A DNA stretch of 64,000 nucleotides from Planctomycetota bacterium (GTDB taxonomy: Bacteria > Planctomycetota > B15-G4). A model generated the notes under the pieces. That model was not told where the DNA came from, did not search any database, and was given only the letters and a program-made list of their open reading frames with translations. Positions 1 through 9,799 of the stretch are shown here, piece by piece (within the stretch, counting starts at the first letter, position 1; each line of letters starts with the position of its first letter). Location: NCBI GenBank assembly GCA_965248575.1, contig CBDFJQ010000002.1:1600001-1664000 (forward strand), given 5' to 3'. The translations under genes and the position numbers were made by a program.

Positions 1-812
1 AGCGGCAGCTCAGCCACTGTTCTCCGTGCCACTTCCAGCAGTTCGGGGCAGCGCAGCCCGAGCCCGCCCCCCACCACAATCCGCTCGGGATCGAAGAGAT
101 TCACGGTGATGCTCACCAGGGCGGACATGGCCTCCAGGGCGTCCCCCATGAGCAAGGCTGCCGCGCCCTGCCCGGCCCGCCAGGCGTCCAGCAGCCCGGC
201 CGTGGTCTCCGCAACCCCTGCGGCCACAGCCCGACGGGCCAGGGCCTCCCCGCCGAGATAGGCCTCGATGCAACCGTCACAGCCAGCGGGACAGGGCTCG
301 CCGGGGCGAAACGGAAGGTGACCCGCCTCCCCTGCCATGCCGCGCCGCCCTTCGACCAACCGGCCGTGGCTCACGAAACCGCCCCCGACTCCGGTGCCCA
401 GGAAGAGGGCCGCCAAGTCTTGGCAACCTGCAACATCCGCCTCCCCCAGGGCAGCGGCATTCACATCGTTCACCAGCGCCACCGGGACGCCCAGCAAGTT
501 GGCCAGGCCGCCCGTCACATCAAAGTCCGTGAAGCCCGCCATGGGCCAACTGCGCATGAGCCCGGCGGCCCGGTCCACGGTGCCGGCCATGGCGACCGCA
601 GCTGCGGCTGGGCCCTCGTCAGCCCGGCAGAACCCCATGTCAGCCGCCTCGGCCAAAACATCCTGGGCGACCGTCAACAGGCCCGCGCTCAGGTCTTCGG
701 CCGATGAGCGCGGGGTGGCGGCGGAGCGCGTGACCCGCAACTCCCCCGAATCGTCCACCCAACCGCAACGCAGCTGGGTGCCGCCTACGTCGAACGCCAG
801 CACGGACGCCAT
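1..812 (-). CDS. ROK family sugar kinase (glucokinase-like); 3' end lies outside the window
   Basis: Not in the ORF track. Manual translation from the ATG at 812 gives MASVLAFDVGGTQLRCG...LVNDVNAAALGE...FLGTGVGGG...GMAGEAGHLPFRPGEPCPAGCDGCIE, i.e. ROK motifs with the Zn-binding Cys cluster. Confidence 0.9.
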   Translation of the reverse strand, partial: MASVLAFDVGGTQLRCGWVDDSGELRVTRSAATPRSSAEDLSAGLLTVAQDVLAEAADMGFCRADEGPAAAAVAMAGTVDRAAGLMRSWPMAGFTDFDVTGGLANLLGVPVALVNDVNAAALGEADVAGCQDLAALFLGTGVGGGFVSHGRLVEGRRGMAGEAGHLPFRPGEPCPAGCDGCIEAYLGGEALARRAVAAGVAETTAGLLDAWRAGQGAAALLMGDALEAMSALVSITVNLFDPERIVVGGGLGLRCPELLEVARRTVAELP

Positions 813-819
813 GGCGGAC

Positions 820-3051
820 CTAACGCTTCCAGAGGACGGGGCGTGCTGCAGCGCTCAGGATCGTGCTGCGATACCACTCGTCGAAGGCATCGTGCAGCGC
901 CTGGGCCTCATCGGCCCACTGCAGCGCACCCTCGTCCTGGAGCAGGTCACGTTCCTTGCCTGGGCCCGGTGCGAGGTCCAGCAGCATGTCGGTTTGGAGC
1001 CGGCGGTCGCGATACAGCACCAGGCCGTCGCGGCGGCTTGCTTCGAGCTCCTGGCCCGTGACCGTCGGGTAGGGCATCAGCAAGGAGTGCGCCACCTGTG
1101 TGGAATCCCTCGGACCGAAAGGCGGTGGCGTACGCCCTGGCAGGTGCACGGCCGTCATGACCTTGCCCCGATGGCCGATGAGCTGGGTCACGTCCACCAT
1201 CTGGATCATTTCCTTCTCGACCACAGGCGGCACCGTGAGCTCGATCACGCCCGGCCCCGAAATGACGACGGGCACCTTGACCACCTCGTCGAAGAGCGTC
1301 TGGCCCTGGCCGCGCCCCAGGTGCTCATAGAACTCCTGGCCATGGGAACCCACCACGACCACGAGCGTGTTGTCGCGCAAGCCGAGATCCGTCAGTTCCT
1401 TGAGGAAGCGCCCCAACGCGCGATCCACACCCGCCACCTCGGCGTCGTAGAGCGGTCCCACTTCCAGCGCTACCCCCTCGGCTGCACCAGGGCGCGAGTC
1501 CAAGCTGCGGAGCCGCTCCACCAGCTCGATATCGAGCTCGTTGTTGACCGCCTCCAGATCGTCGCGCGTGGGCTCGTGAGGCGCCGTGGGATGCTCGAAG
1601 TGCAGGGTGAGGAACCACTCGAACTGAGCCGCCTCGGGCAACCAATCGATGGCCCGCTCCACGAGCGACGTGGGCGTCACATCGCCGCCGAAGAACGTCT
1701 CATAGCCGCGGCCCAATCCGGTGGCCTCACTGATCACCGGCGACGAACTGAAACAGGCTGTGGTGTAGCCCGCCCAGCTGGCTGACTCCGCGAGGGTGCT
1801 CAGCCGAGGCGACAACACACGATCGGGGCGCAACCCGAGCCCGTGGGTCAAGGGGTGCACGCCCGTCAGCAAGGTCGCCACATTGGGCAGAGCCCAGGAC
1901 GAGGGGGTGACCACGTTGTCGTAGCGCAGGCCCTCGCGAGCCAAGCCGTCCATGACCGGCGTGTAGGCCGGCAGGTAGCCGTTCATTCCCAGGCGGTCGG
2001 AGCGCAAGCCATCGATGACGACCAACAAGGTGTTCAAGCCGCCTTCCGGCTTGAAGGGGCGACGCAACCGCTCTTGGGGTTGCTTCAGCAGCACCTCTCG
2101 CACACCGACGAACAAACCATCGCCCCCTTCCAGCTCGATCTGCAGCTTCATCGGCTTGCCTGCCCAGTGGAAGAGATCGGCTTGGACCAGCAGTTCGTTC
2201 GCGGGCGGGACGCCCTCCTCGATCTCCGCCAGATGCTTGACCGGAACGGAGGCCAACACGAGGTCGTCAGCAGAAACCAGAACGTGCGCGGTGGCCGGCA
2301 TGGGCCCCGCCCCGAGCCTGGACACGTGCAGCACGATGTTCAATTCGCTGCCAGCGGGCACCGCATCCACGTCGAAGCTGCGCGTCAGCCCACTCTCCAG
2401 GGGTAGGCAGGCTGGGCCCGGCATGTTCAGCCGCATCGACTCGAAGGTGCCGGGTGCGCGCACGCGGTCCATGGCAGCGTCGGCCAGGAGATCCATCCCG
2501 ACCCCGTGGGCCGTGACCGGATTCTCCGTTTCATCGATGGGTCGGCCTTCGCTTTCCAGGACAACATCGGCCAGGAGCACGATCCCGAGGCCCGGGCGCC
2601 CGTCCCCATCGAGCGCCGCGATCTCGATGTCCACTTCTTCGTTCGCCTCGACGGGCAAGGTGACTCGGTGCTCGGTCCATGCGGCATCCGTGCCCGGGAA
2701 GGTCGCGACCTCCTCGCGCTCGCCATCGCTGCGCACCATGCGCACGGCCAGGGCAGGCAGGCCGTGCAGGAATCCTTCATGGAATCGCACCACGGCCTCG
2801 TCACCCGGCACGACCACGTGGAAACGGGCGACCTCACCGGCCCTCACCGTCCAGGCACCGCGGCTCTCATAGTCGAGAGTGACCTTATGACGCACACCCA
2901 GGTCGTTGTCCGGGGAGAGCCGGATCCGCTGATCCACCCGGTAGTCCGGCGCCTTCTGCAGGAACCACCAACTCAGCGAGACGACCAACAGCAGCACGAC
3001 CGCCGCCAGACGCAGCGCGGCGTAGACGGCATCCTGCTGAGACGTCCTCAC
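820..3051 (-). CDS. Membrane-anchored sulfatase-like (alkaline phosphatase superfamily) protein with degenerate catalytic residues
   Basis: N-terminal TM helix, beta-rich middle region, C-terminal sulfatase-type motifs IDGLRSD, SWALPNVATLLTG, YDAEVAGVD, GSHGQEF. Confidence 0.8.
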   Translation of the reverse strand: MRTSQQDAVYAALRLAAVVLLLVVSLSWWFLQKAPDYRVDQRIRLSPDNDLGVRHKVTLDYESRGAWTVRAGEVARFHVVVPGDEAVVRFHEGFLHGLPALAVRMVRSDGEREEVATFPGTDAAWTEHRVTLPVEANEEVDIEIAALDGDGRPGLGIVLLADVVLESEGRPIDETENPVTAHGVGMDLLADAAMDRVRAPGTFESMRLNMPGPACLPLESGLTRSFDVDAVPAGSELNIVLHVSRLGAGPMPATAHVLVSADDLVLASVPVKHLAEIEEGVPPANELLVQADLFHWAGKPMKLQIELEGGDGLFVGVREVLLKQPQERLRRPFKPEGGLNTLLVVIDGLRSDRLGMNGYLPAYTPVMDGLAREGLRYDNVVTPSSWALPNVATLLTGVHPLTHGLGLRPDRVLSPRLSTLAESASWAGYTTACFSSSPVISEATGLGRGYETFFGGDVTPTSLVERAIDWLPEAAQFEWFLTLHFEHPTAPHEPTRDDLEAVNNELDIELVERLRSLDSRPGAAEGVALEVGPLYDAEVAGVDRALGRFLKELTDLGLRDNTLVVVVGSHGQEFYEHLGRGQGQTLFDEVVKVPVVISGPGVIELTVPPVVEKEMIQMVDVTQLIGHRGKVMTAVHLPGRTPPPFGPRDSTQVAHSLLMPYPTVTGQELEASRRDGLVLYRDRRLQTDMLLDLAPGPGKERDLLQDEGALQWADEAQALHDAFDEWYRSTILSAAARPVLWKR

Positions 3052-3632
3052 GGTTCGCCCTCATAGGATTCGACGCGCGTGGCACCCAACGACTCGTCGC
3101 TGGCGCCGGGGCGTGAGTAGTCCGCGAGCAGCGCCCCCAGCTTGGCGGCCAGGAACTCCGCGTCCCCGAAGCTGTCCGGGTAGTCCTCCCAAAGCGATTC
3201 GTCGCGGGTGTCGATGGCCAACATGCCCCCTTTTCGGATGATCTGCTCTTGGACGCGCAAGCGCACGACGTACGCGCGCTCCCCCTTCTTGCGCTCGATC
3301 TCCACGTGCACCTTCCGGCGGGACGGGCCCCGCACCTCGCGGCGTGAGTCCCCGCGGAACCACTCGGACTCGATGCGTCCGGTGTCGGGCAGCCGCAAGA
3401 TCACATAGAAGCCCTCCAACTCGAGCAGATCGAGCACGGAGTGATACAGGTTCTGGTAGCCGAGGTCGTGCATGGTGACCTCGGCCCACCGCTCCCGGGT
3501 GGAGGCACAGCCCACGGCCAGGGAGAGGCTCAGCGCCAAGCCGAGCACCCAGGCCCACTTCGACGGATGGGCGGCTCTCAGCCCGGTACGGATCCCCGCA
3601 AGGAATGGCATCAGGTTCCATCGGTTCATCAA
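3048..3632 (-). CDS. Hypothetical lipoprotein (start uncertain)
   Basis: Hydrophobic stretch ending in lipobox LAVG-C; 4-bp overlap with the downstream gene. Confidence 0.65.
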   Translation of the reverse strand: MMNRWNLMPFLAGIRTGLRAAHPSKWAWVLGLALSLSLAVGCASTRERWAEVTMHDLGYQNLYHSVLDLLELEGFYVILRLPDTGRIESEWFRGDSRREVRGPSRRKVHVEIERKKGERAYVVRLRVQEQIIRKGGMLAIDTRDESLWEDYPDSFGDAEFLAAKLGALLADYSRPGASDESLGATRVESYEGEP

Positions 3633-3766
3633 CCAGATCCTCGAAGGAGTCGCGTGAGGGCGTGAGTCTACTCCCTCGCAGAAGCTGATTCACGGGACGT
3701 CGAGGGCCACCTCGGGGTCGCCCTGCGCCCCAAGACCCTCACTCCGGCATCCGCTCCAGCTTTTGC

Positions 3767-5149
3767 TCAGCCCCGCTTCTGAAAGCGCAGGAGGAGGGGG
3801 ATCTCACCGTAGGGCAAGGCTTCCTGGAGGCGGCGAATCAGGAAGCGCCGCCAGCTGTCGTCGAAGAGCTTCGGCTCGTTCACGAAGACCACCAAGGTCG
3901 GCGGGTAGGTGGCCACCTGCGACGCGTAGTAGATCTTGCCGATGCGTCCGCGATCGGCCCGGGGCTTCCGGATCTCGTACGTGCGGCGCAGCACCCGGTT
4001 CAGCTCGCCCGTGGAGACGCGCTTGCCGGCCTGGTCGTGGAGCTCTGCGGCGAGCGCCAAGGTGGCATCCACGTTGATGTCCTCCGGTGCCGAGATGAGT
4101 GTGATCGGCGCGAAGGACAGGCTCGCCAGGACACCCCGCAAGTACTTCTCGTAGTCACCTGCCTGCGCCGTCTCCCGGGCGATGTCCCATTTGGTGACGA
4201 CGATCACGACCGGCAGCGCGCACTCCACGATCATGCCGGCGATCTCTTTGTCGATGCGGCCCACGTCCCTGGTCGCATCCAGCAGCAGCAACACGACGTT
4301 CGCGCGGCGGATCGCGCGGAAGGCGCGGGACTGTCCATAGAACTCCACGGAATCGCTGACGGTCTTGCGTTTGCGGATCCCTGCGGTGTCGATGGCGACA
4401 AAGCGGCGGCCTGCGCGTGAGAACGGCACGTCGACCGCGTCGCGGGTCGTGCCCTCCACCTCGGAGACGATCACACGCTCCTCGCCTACGAGTGCATTCA
4501 CCAGGGTCGACTTGCCGGCGTTCATGCGACCGACGATGGCCAACTTCACCACGTCAGCCGGCATCATCGGCATCTCGGTGTCCGTGCCCAGGCGCTCGAA
4601 GAGGTGCTCTCGCATCTCGACGGTGCCGCGCCGCTCCTTGGCCGACACGCGCACCGGATCGCCGAGGCCCAGGGTGAAGGCCTCGGCCACGCCCACTTCG
4701 TCCTTGCCCCCCTCCACCTTGTTGGCCATCAGGATGATGGGGCGCTTGAGGCGTCGGAGCTTGTCGGCGATCTGCCGATCCACGGGCGTGAGGCCCGACT
4801 TGCAGTCCACGACGAACAAAACGATGTCCGCCAGGTCCAGGGCCATGGCGATCTGCCCGTCCACCTCGGCCTTCAGGTCCTCGTTGTCGACCTGGCCGAT
4901 GCCCCCGGTGTCGATCAGTTCGATGGTGTGGCTGCCGTGGTCCAGGAGGAAGCTCACCCGGTCACGGGTGACGCCAGCCATGGGGTCTTCGATGGCGACC
5001 CGACGCCCGGCAAGCGCGTTGAAGAGCGTGCTCTTGCCCACGTTGGGGCGACCCACGATCACTACGCAGGGGATCCCCCCTCTCGGCACGATGACGTCCG
5101 TGGCAGGGAGGCCCGTCTCGGGCGGCGTGTCTTCAGGCGGAGCGGACAT
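3767..5149 (-). CDS. der: Ribosome biogenesis GTPase Der (EngA)
   Basis: Two GTPase domains (GRPNVGKS, DTGG, NKVE; GRMNAGKS, DTAG, TKWD) plus KH-like C-terminus. Start trimmed to MSAPP. Confidence 0.95.
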   Translation of the reverse strand: MSAPPEDTPPETGLPATDVIVPRGGIPCVVIVGRPNVGKSTLFNALAGRRVAIEDPMAGVTRDRVSFLLDHGSHTIELIDTGGIGQVDNEDLKAEVDGQIAMALDLADIVLFVVDCKSGLTPVDRQIADKLRRLKRPIILMANKVEGGKDEVGVAEAFTLGLGDPVRVSAKERRGTVEMREHLFERLGTDTEMPMMPADVVKLAIVGRMNAGKSTLVNALVGEERVIVSEVEGTTRDAVDVPFSRAGRRFVAIDTAGIRKRKTVSDSVEFYGQSRAFRAIRRANVVLLLLDATRDVGRIDKEIAGMIVECALPVVIVVTKWDIARETAQAGDYEKYLRGVLASLSFAPITLISAPEDINVDATLALAAELHDQAGKRVSTGELNRVLRRTYEIRKPRADRGRIGKIYYASQVATYPPTLVVFVNEPKLFDDSWRRFLIRRLQEALPYGEIPLLLRFQKRG

Positions 5150-5281
5150 GGGTCTTCGAGCAGCAGGAGGGCAGGAAAAAGAACAGGCGATGGCGAGGGC
5201 AGCTCTGCCCGGGCCGCGCGACGATACGGCCGAATGGGGGCGCGGGTCCACGGGCGGGCCAGGGATCTGTCAGCGGATCTC

Positions 5282-6070
5282 TCAGCGCACCTTCAACACC
5301 TTGTGGACTTGCGGCACCACGCGCACATCCAGACCAAAGCGAGAGAGTTCGTCCACGAAGGGGTCCAAACGCTCCCGTGGCAGGGCTGGCGAGCCGCCAT
5401 GCGCCGTCACGGGTTGCAGGAACACGGCACTCTCCGGCGCATACTTCCCAAGCAGTTGGGCTGCCCGGGAGACCTCCGAAACAGGGGTATCCCCGTCGAC
5501 GATCAGCTTGAAGAAGGTCTCGACGCCATCCAAGACCCCGCTAGCCAGCACCTTCTCGTGCTCATCCAGGGCCGAGGGGCGGCCCGTTGCCGTGGGCAAC
5601 TTCAGGTCACAAGCCACCCAGCGCACGGCGGGAACGACGCGGGCCAAGGCCTCGGCGTCGAGCCCTGAGGTCTCGAGCATGACCGGGCGCGGGCTCAACG
5701 CCCGGCAGAGTGCCTCGGCGAAGGCTGGCTGCTCCAGGGGTTCGCCACCGGTCAGGCTGACGGGAGAGTCGCCTCCGGGGTCCACCTGATCGACCATGTC
5801 GAGCACATCCTGCACCCGGACCGGATTGTGCAGGTAGCGCTCACCCTGGCTTGGACCCATTGCTTGACCTGCCTCCGGCACGCGCACGCGGGCCAGCGAA
5901 CCCAACGCCCACTCGGTGTCGCAATACCGACACCCCACCTCACACCCTGCCAGGCGCACGAACACCTGCCGCTTGCCCAGCAACAGACCTTCGCCCTGGT
6001 AGCTGCGAAAGACCTCCGCCAGGTGGCCCGTCACCGGTCCTGCGGCGGCGTCCTGATCAGCGGCGGCCAT
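5282..6070 (-). CDS. queE: 7-carboxy-7-deazaguanine synthase (radical SAM)
   Basis: EVFRSYQGEG, FVRLAGCEVGCRYCDT (CxxxCxxC), LTGGEP, LETSG, C-terminal PQVHK. Confidence 0.9.
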   Translation of the reverse strand: MAAADQDAAAGPVTGHLAEVFRSYQGEGLLLGKRQVFVRLAGCEVGCRYCDTEWALGSLARVRVPEAGQAMGPSQGERYLHNPVRVQDVLDMVDQVDPGGDSPVSLTGGEPLEQPAFAEALCRALSPRPVMLETSGLDAEALARVVPAVRWVACDLKLPTATGRPSALDEHEKVLASGVLDGVETFFKLIVDGDTPVSEVSRAAQLLGKYAPESAVFLQPVTAHGGSPALPRERLDPFVDELSRFGLDVRVVPQVHKVLKVR

Positions 6071-6149
6071 GTTCGTCCTGGGTCATCGAGAGGTGCGAAG
6101 CAAGGGCTGGGCGCGACGGCGCGCTACCCCACTTGGAGGGAGAGCCGGC

Positions 6150-7268
6150 TCAGCCTGCGGCGAACCGGTCGGCGAGACCGAGCAGCGCATCGGCGCCGCG
6201 GTCCAAGACCTCGTCGCTGGCGGCGAAGGACAGTCGGAAGTGCGTGTCCTTGGCCGAGAAAGCGCTGCCCGGAACGAGCAGGAGCTTCTGCTCCAAGGCG
6301 GCTTCCGTGAAGGTCTCACCCGTCGCCCCCGCGGGCAGCGGCGGGTACATGTAGAACGAGCCGCCGGGCGTCGGGAAATCGAAACGCTCGGCCAGACGCG
6401 CATGGAAGGAATCGCGCTTGTGGCTGTAGTCGGCGATCTGTTCGGACATGTCCACATCCATGGCGGCCAGGCACGCGGCCTGAGCCATGGAGGGTGCGCA
6501 CACGAACGTGAACTGCTGCATGCGGCGCATGGCATCGATCAGATCGTGGGGCCCGGCCGCATAGCCCATGCGCCAGCCGGGCATGCCGAAGGTCTTGGAG
6601 AAACCACCTAGGAGCAACAGACGGTCGGTGTCGATGTGGCCGGCAGCCGAGGCGTGGGGCGCGTCGTAGACAAACTCGTCGTAGATCTCATCGGAGACCA
6701 CGATCAGGTCGTGCTTGCGCGCAAAGGCACCCACGACATCCAACTCATCAGCGCTCAAGACCCGGCCCGTGGGGTTGCTGGGCGAGTTGATGAGCAGGAG
6801 CTTCGTCTTGTCCGTGCGGCCCTTCTCCAAGGCCGCCTCGGTGAGCGGCACCCCGGGCGCCATCTCGTAGGGGCTCCAGTCCGCTCCGACCAGACCCGCC
6901 AACACCGGGTACATGGTGAAGTAGGGGTCGGGCAGCATCACGTGGTCGCCCGGGTCCAGGACACCCATGAAGCCGAGCAGCAGACCGCCAGAAACGCCTG
7001 CGGTCACGAGGCTCTCCTTGCCGTCGTAGCCGTAGCGCTTCTCGAGCCGATCCAGGATGCGGTCGTTCAGCTCCGGCAGGCCCTGGGTCACCGTGTAGCG
7101 ATTGAAGCCATCGCGGATTGCCGCAATGGCGGCTTCCTTTATGACGTCCGGCACATCGAAGTGCGCCTGCCCGATGGACAGATTGATCGGGTCGTCCATG
7201 AACTGGACCCGCTCGAAGATCTTGCGGATCCCGCTGGCTTCAACACCGTCAGCGCGGCGCGAGACCAT
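6150..7268 (-). CDS. PLP-dependent class I/II aminotransferase (aspartate aminotransferase-like)
   Basis: INLSIGQ, NSPSNPTG, SDEIY, FSKTFGMPGWRMGY. Start trimmed to MVSRRA. Confidence 0.9.
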   Translation of the reverse strand: MVSRRADGVEASGIRKIFERVQFMDDPINLSIGQAHFDVPDVIKEAAIAAIRDGFNRYTVTQGLPELNDRILDRLEKRYGYDGKESLVTAGVSGGLLLGFMGVLDPGDHVMLPDPYFTMYPVLAGLVGADWSPYEMAPGVPLTEAALEKGRTDKTKLLLINSPSNPTGRVLSADELDVVGAFARKHDLIVVSDEIYDEFVYDAPHASAAGHIDTDRLLLLGGFSKTFGMPGWRMGYAAGPHDLIDAMRRMQQFTFVCAPSMAQAACLAAMDVDMSEQIADYSHKRDSFHARLAERFDFPTPGGSFYMYPPLPAGATGETFTEAALEQKLLLVPGSAFSAKDTHFRLSFAASDEVLDRGADALLGLADRFAAG

Positions 7269-7270
7269 GC

Positions 7271-7444
7271 TTACGTCTTCTTGCGCGCCTTGACGCCCGT
7301 CCGAACCTTGCGCAAGCCGTAGACGGACTTGTCGTTGGTCCACTCTCCGTCCTTCTGCAGGGCTTCGAGACGCTCGATGCGCGTCCACACGTTGCGGGAC
7401 CGGAGCAGGGAACTCTTGACCTTCAGGCTGGGGTGGATAGACAT
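7271..7444 (-). CDS. PVC-superphylum small basic protein (TIGR04137-type signature protein)
   Basis: 57 aa MSIHPSLK...RNVWTRIERLEAL...W...SVYGLRKVR matches the family pattern as I recall it. Confidence 0.85.
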   Translation of the reverse strand: MSIHPSLKVKSSLLRSRNVWTRIERLEALQKDGEWTNDKSVYGLRKVRTGVKARKKT

Positions 7445-7565
7445 CGGCAAGAGTTCCTTTGATGACTGGCGGACGAGGGTGTTCCGCATCGACCTGGTAA
7501 GCAGACGCAGGCCTTTTTAAAGAGCCCGCTCAAGCCGGGCCATGGTCCACATCGAGCCAGACGGG

Positions 7566-8417
7566 TCAAGGCTCGCCCAGGGAATCCGGCACGGGATGGG
7601 CCACGATGCGGGCATCCACGAAGGGCGCCGCCTTCCCTCCCGGCCAGTTGTCGATGGCCAGCAGGGCGTCTAGGGCTCCTTGCAGGGCCGCCTCGGTCCG
7701 GGCCGCCCCGACGATCAACTCGAAGCTGGAATAGCTTCCGGCGCTCTCGGCCTCATGCCCGATGAGGGTCACGCCCGGCAGGCCGCGCTGAGCGAGTTCC
7801 CTGTGGGCGGCGACGGCCAGCTCCTGGCCGCGCTCGGACCCGTTGTAGACCGCTGCGCGAATGGTGAACCAATCTGGCTTCACCGCCGCCGCGCCATCTC
7901 CTGCGTCCTGGGCCGCCGTCGTGGCATGACCCGGCCCCGGCGGCAAGACGTCGCCCAGCTTCATGGTGGGCATCTCGCTGACCCCGTCGCCCAGCCAGAA
8001 CTGCTTGAAGACGACGACCAACACCACGGCGGACAGCATCACGATGGCGCCAAAGAAGATGGTGCGCGTGGCGCCCTCCGCCTTGCGAGCACCCTTGCTC
8101 TTGGCCTTGGACTTGCCCTGCTTACCCCAAGCTGGAGCAAACAGGCGCGCTCCCGAGGACAGGCGCGGCGGCTTGGCCTGGGAGGCCTTGGGCTGGCTTG
8201 AGGCCCTCGAGGCCCCGGCGGAGCGGCGTTTGGAAGCCTTCGGCTTCGCCTTGCCGACAGTCCCTGCGGCCGAGCCGAGGCCGGAGCGCGCCTTGCTCGG
8301 AACCTTGTGCTTCACGGACGACGCGATGACCTTTCCAGCCACCGTTCGGCGCTGGGAGGCCTTGTCGAAGCCATCCTGATTGGATCGAAACACGTCCAGC
8401 GGATGTTGTCGTCCCAC
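7566..8417 (-). CDS. Hypothetical bitopic membrane protein with possible SPOR-like C-terminal domain
   Basis: Lys/Ser/Ala-rich N-terminus, single TM (FFGAIVMLSAVVLVVVF), small alpha/beta C-terminal domain. Confidence 0.6.
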   Translation of the reverse strand: MGRQHPLDVFRSNQDGFDKASQRRTVAGKVIASSVKHKVPSKARSGLGSAAGTVGKAKPKASKRRSAGASRASSQPKASQAKPPRLSSGARLFAPAWGKQGKSKAKSKGARKAEGATRTIFFGAIVMLSAVVLVVVFKQFWLGDGVSEMPTMKLGDVLPPGPGHATTAAQDAGDGAAAVKPDWFTIRAAVYNGSERGQELAVAAHRELAQRGLPGVTLIGHEAESAGSYSSFELIVGAARTEAALQGALDALLAIDNWPGGKAAPFVDARIVAHPVPDSLGEP

Positions 8418-8527
8418 AGCCGCGCCCTCACGAAGTCCATCACGGAGCCATCAGTTGGTGGACCAAGCTATCGCGCCCAAGAGGCCGATCCAAGCTGCGA
8501 GACGCAAAGTAATGGGGCGAAGTGCGC

Positions 8528-9799
8528 TCAGCCTCGCGCCGTGCGCACCAGCTCGCGGAACAAGGCCTCTTCTTGGGCCAGGCTGCGGCCCACGGCGTGC
8601 TGGAAGGCCTCGTCAGCCGGCTTCGACGCCAGGGCCCGAGCCCAGCGCAGCGCGGCACCCATCCCATGCTGGCTGACCACGTGGTCCACGAAGGCGAAGC
8701 TCAGCAGGTAGCCGACGTGCACCTGTTGGGCGTCCCCGACCTCCAGGAAGGAGGACGGCAGGTCGGCGATACGCGGGAGTTCAGCCCGTTCCAGACCCAT
8801 GCTTTCGAGCCCGTTCACCAGGCGCCCCATGCCCTCCCCGCGACCGTACTCGGCGAGCTGGGCCAGCCCCTCGTTGAGATAGACGGGGCAACGAGGCGCC
8901 AGCTCGCTCACGATCAGGTGCGTGTACTCATGGCGGAAGGCCGCCTCGATGCGCGGGCGGTCCGCGTCGGGGTCGGCAATGGGCAAGCGGATCTTGCGGT
9001 CGAAGAGGCCCCCCACCCATTCGTGGGTGCCCGTCACCTGCCGGAAGGCCTCTGGAGGATAGAGCACCACGATCGCCTTGCTGCGGGGGAACTGGTCGAA
9101 GGTGTTGCAGACCTCGGCTCGAGCACGATCCAGAAGCTCCGCCAACTCCAGGAAGTCGGTTTCCTTGGGATGCCTGATCACGAAGGTGCTCGTGACATCC
9201 GTGCGGTAGTCCTTCTCTACGGCGTACTGCCGCTCGGTCCGCTCCAGCGCAGTGGCAGCCTTGGCGGCGAAATCACCCTCGGCGAAGGTCTGCGCCTTGC
9301 GGTAGGCATCGAGCGCCTCCGGCAATCGATCCAGGAGGTTGAGCGTGTCGCCCATGAGCTGGTGCGCCATGGCGTCCGCGGGATCGAGGCCCACGGCAGC
9401 CTTCAGTTCTTCCAGCGCGGTGTCCAGCCGATAGAGCCTCAGCGAGAGGCTGGCGAGGTGCAGTCGGTAGCCGATGTTCTCGGGGTCGTTCTGGATGGCA
9501 CGGTCGTAGTCGGCCGCAGCCGCATCCCACGAGAAGGCGTCGAACTGACCTTGCCCCCGCATGAAGTAGGCATAAGCGAGGTTGCGGGTGAGCACCGCTT
9601 CCCCGGGTTCCAGCTTCAACGCCGATTCCAGATAGAGGACGGCGTCGGACGCCTGTCCCTGCTCCAAGGCGAGCTTCGCCTTCTGGTTCAATTCGTTGAC
9701 GTCGCCGCCGACTGCCGGCTGGCTGGGTCCCGTCGCCGGGCCGGCCCCCACCAGGAACAGGGCCGCACACAGGAACAGAGATGCCGAACTCATCCTCAA
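8528..9799 (-). CDS. Secreted TPR-repeat protein with peptidase MA (gluzincin-like) domain
   Basis: Signal peptide, several TPRs, HEYTH followed by NEGLAQ. Confidence 0.85.
   Translation of the reverse strand: MRMSSASLFLCAALFLVGAGPATGPSQPAVGGDVNELNQKAKLALEQGQASDAVLYLESALKLEPGEAVLTRNLAYAYFMRGQGQFDAFSWDAAAADYDRAIQNDPENIGYRLHLASLSLRLYRLDTALEELKAAVGLDPADAMAHQLMGDTLNLLDRLPEALDAYRKAQTFAEGDFAAKAATALERTERQYAVEKDYRTDVTSTFVIRHPKETDFLELAELLDRARAEVCNTFDQFPRSKAIVVLYPPEAFRQVTGTHEWVGGLFDRKIRLPIADPDADRPRIEAAFRHEYTHLIVSELAPRCPVYLNEGLAQLAEYGRGEGMGRLVNGLESMGLERAELPRIADLPSSFLEVGDAQQVHVGYLLSFAFVDHVVSQHGMGAALRWARALASKPADEAFQHAVGRSLAQEEALFRELVRTARG

Noticed and set aside
337..1785. 482-aa plus-strand ORF
   Set aside because: Antisense to the ROK kinase and sulfatase-like genes.
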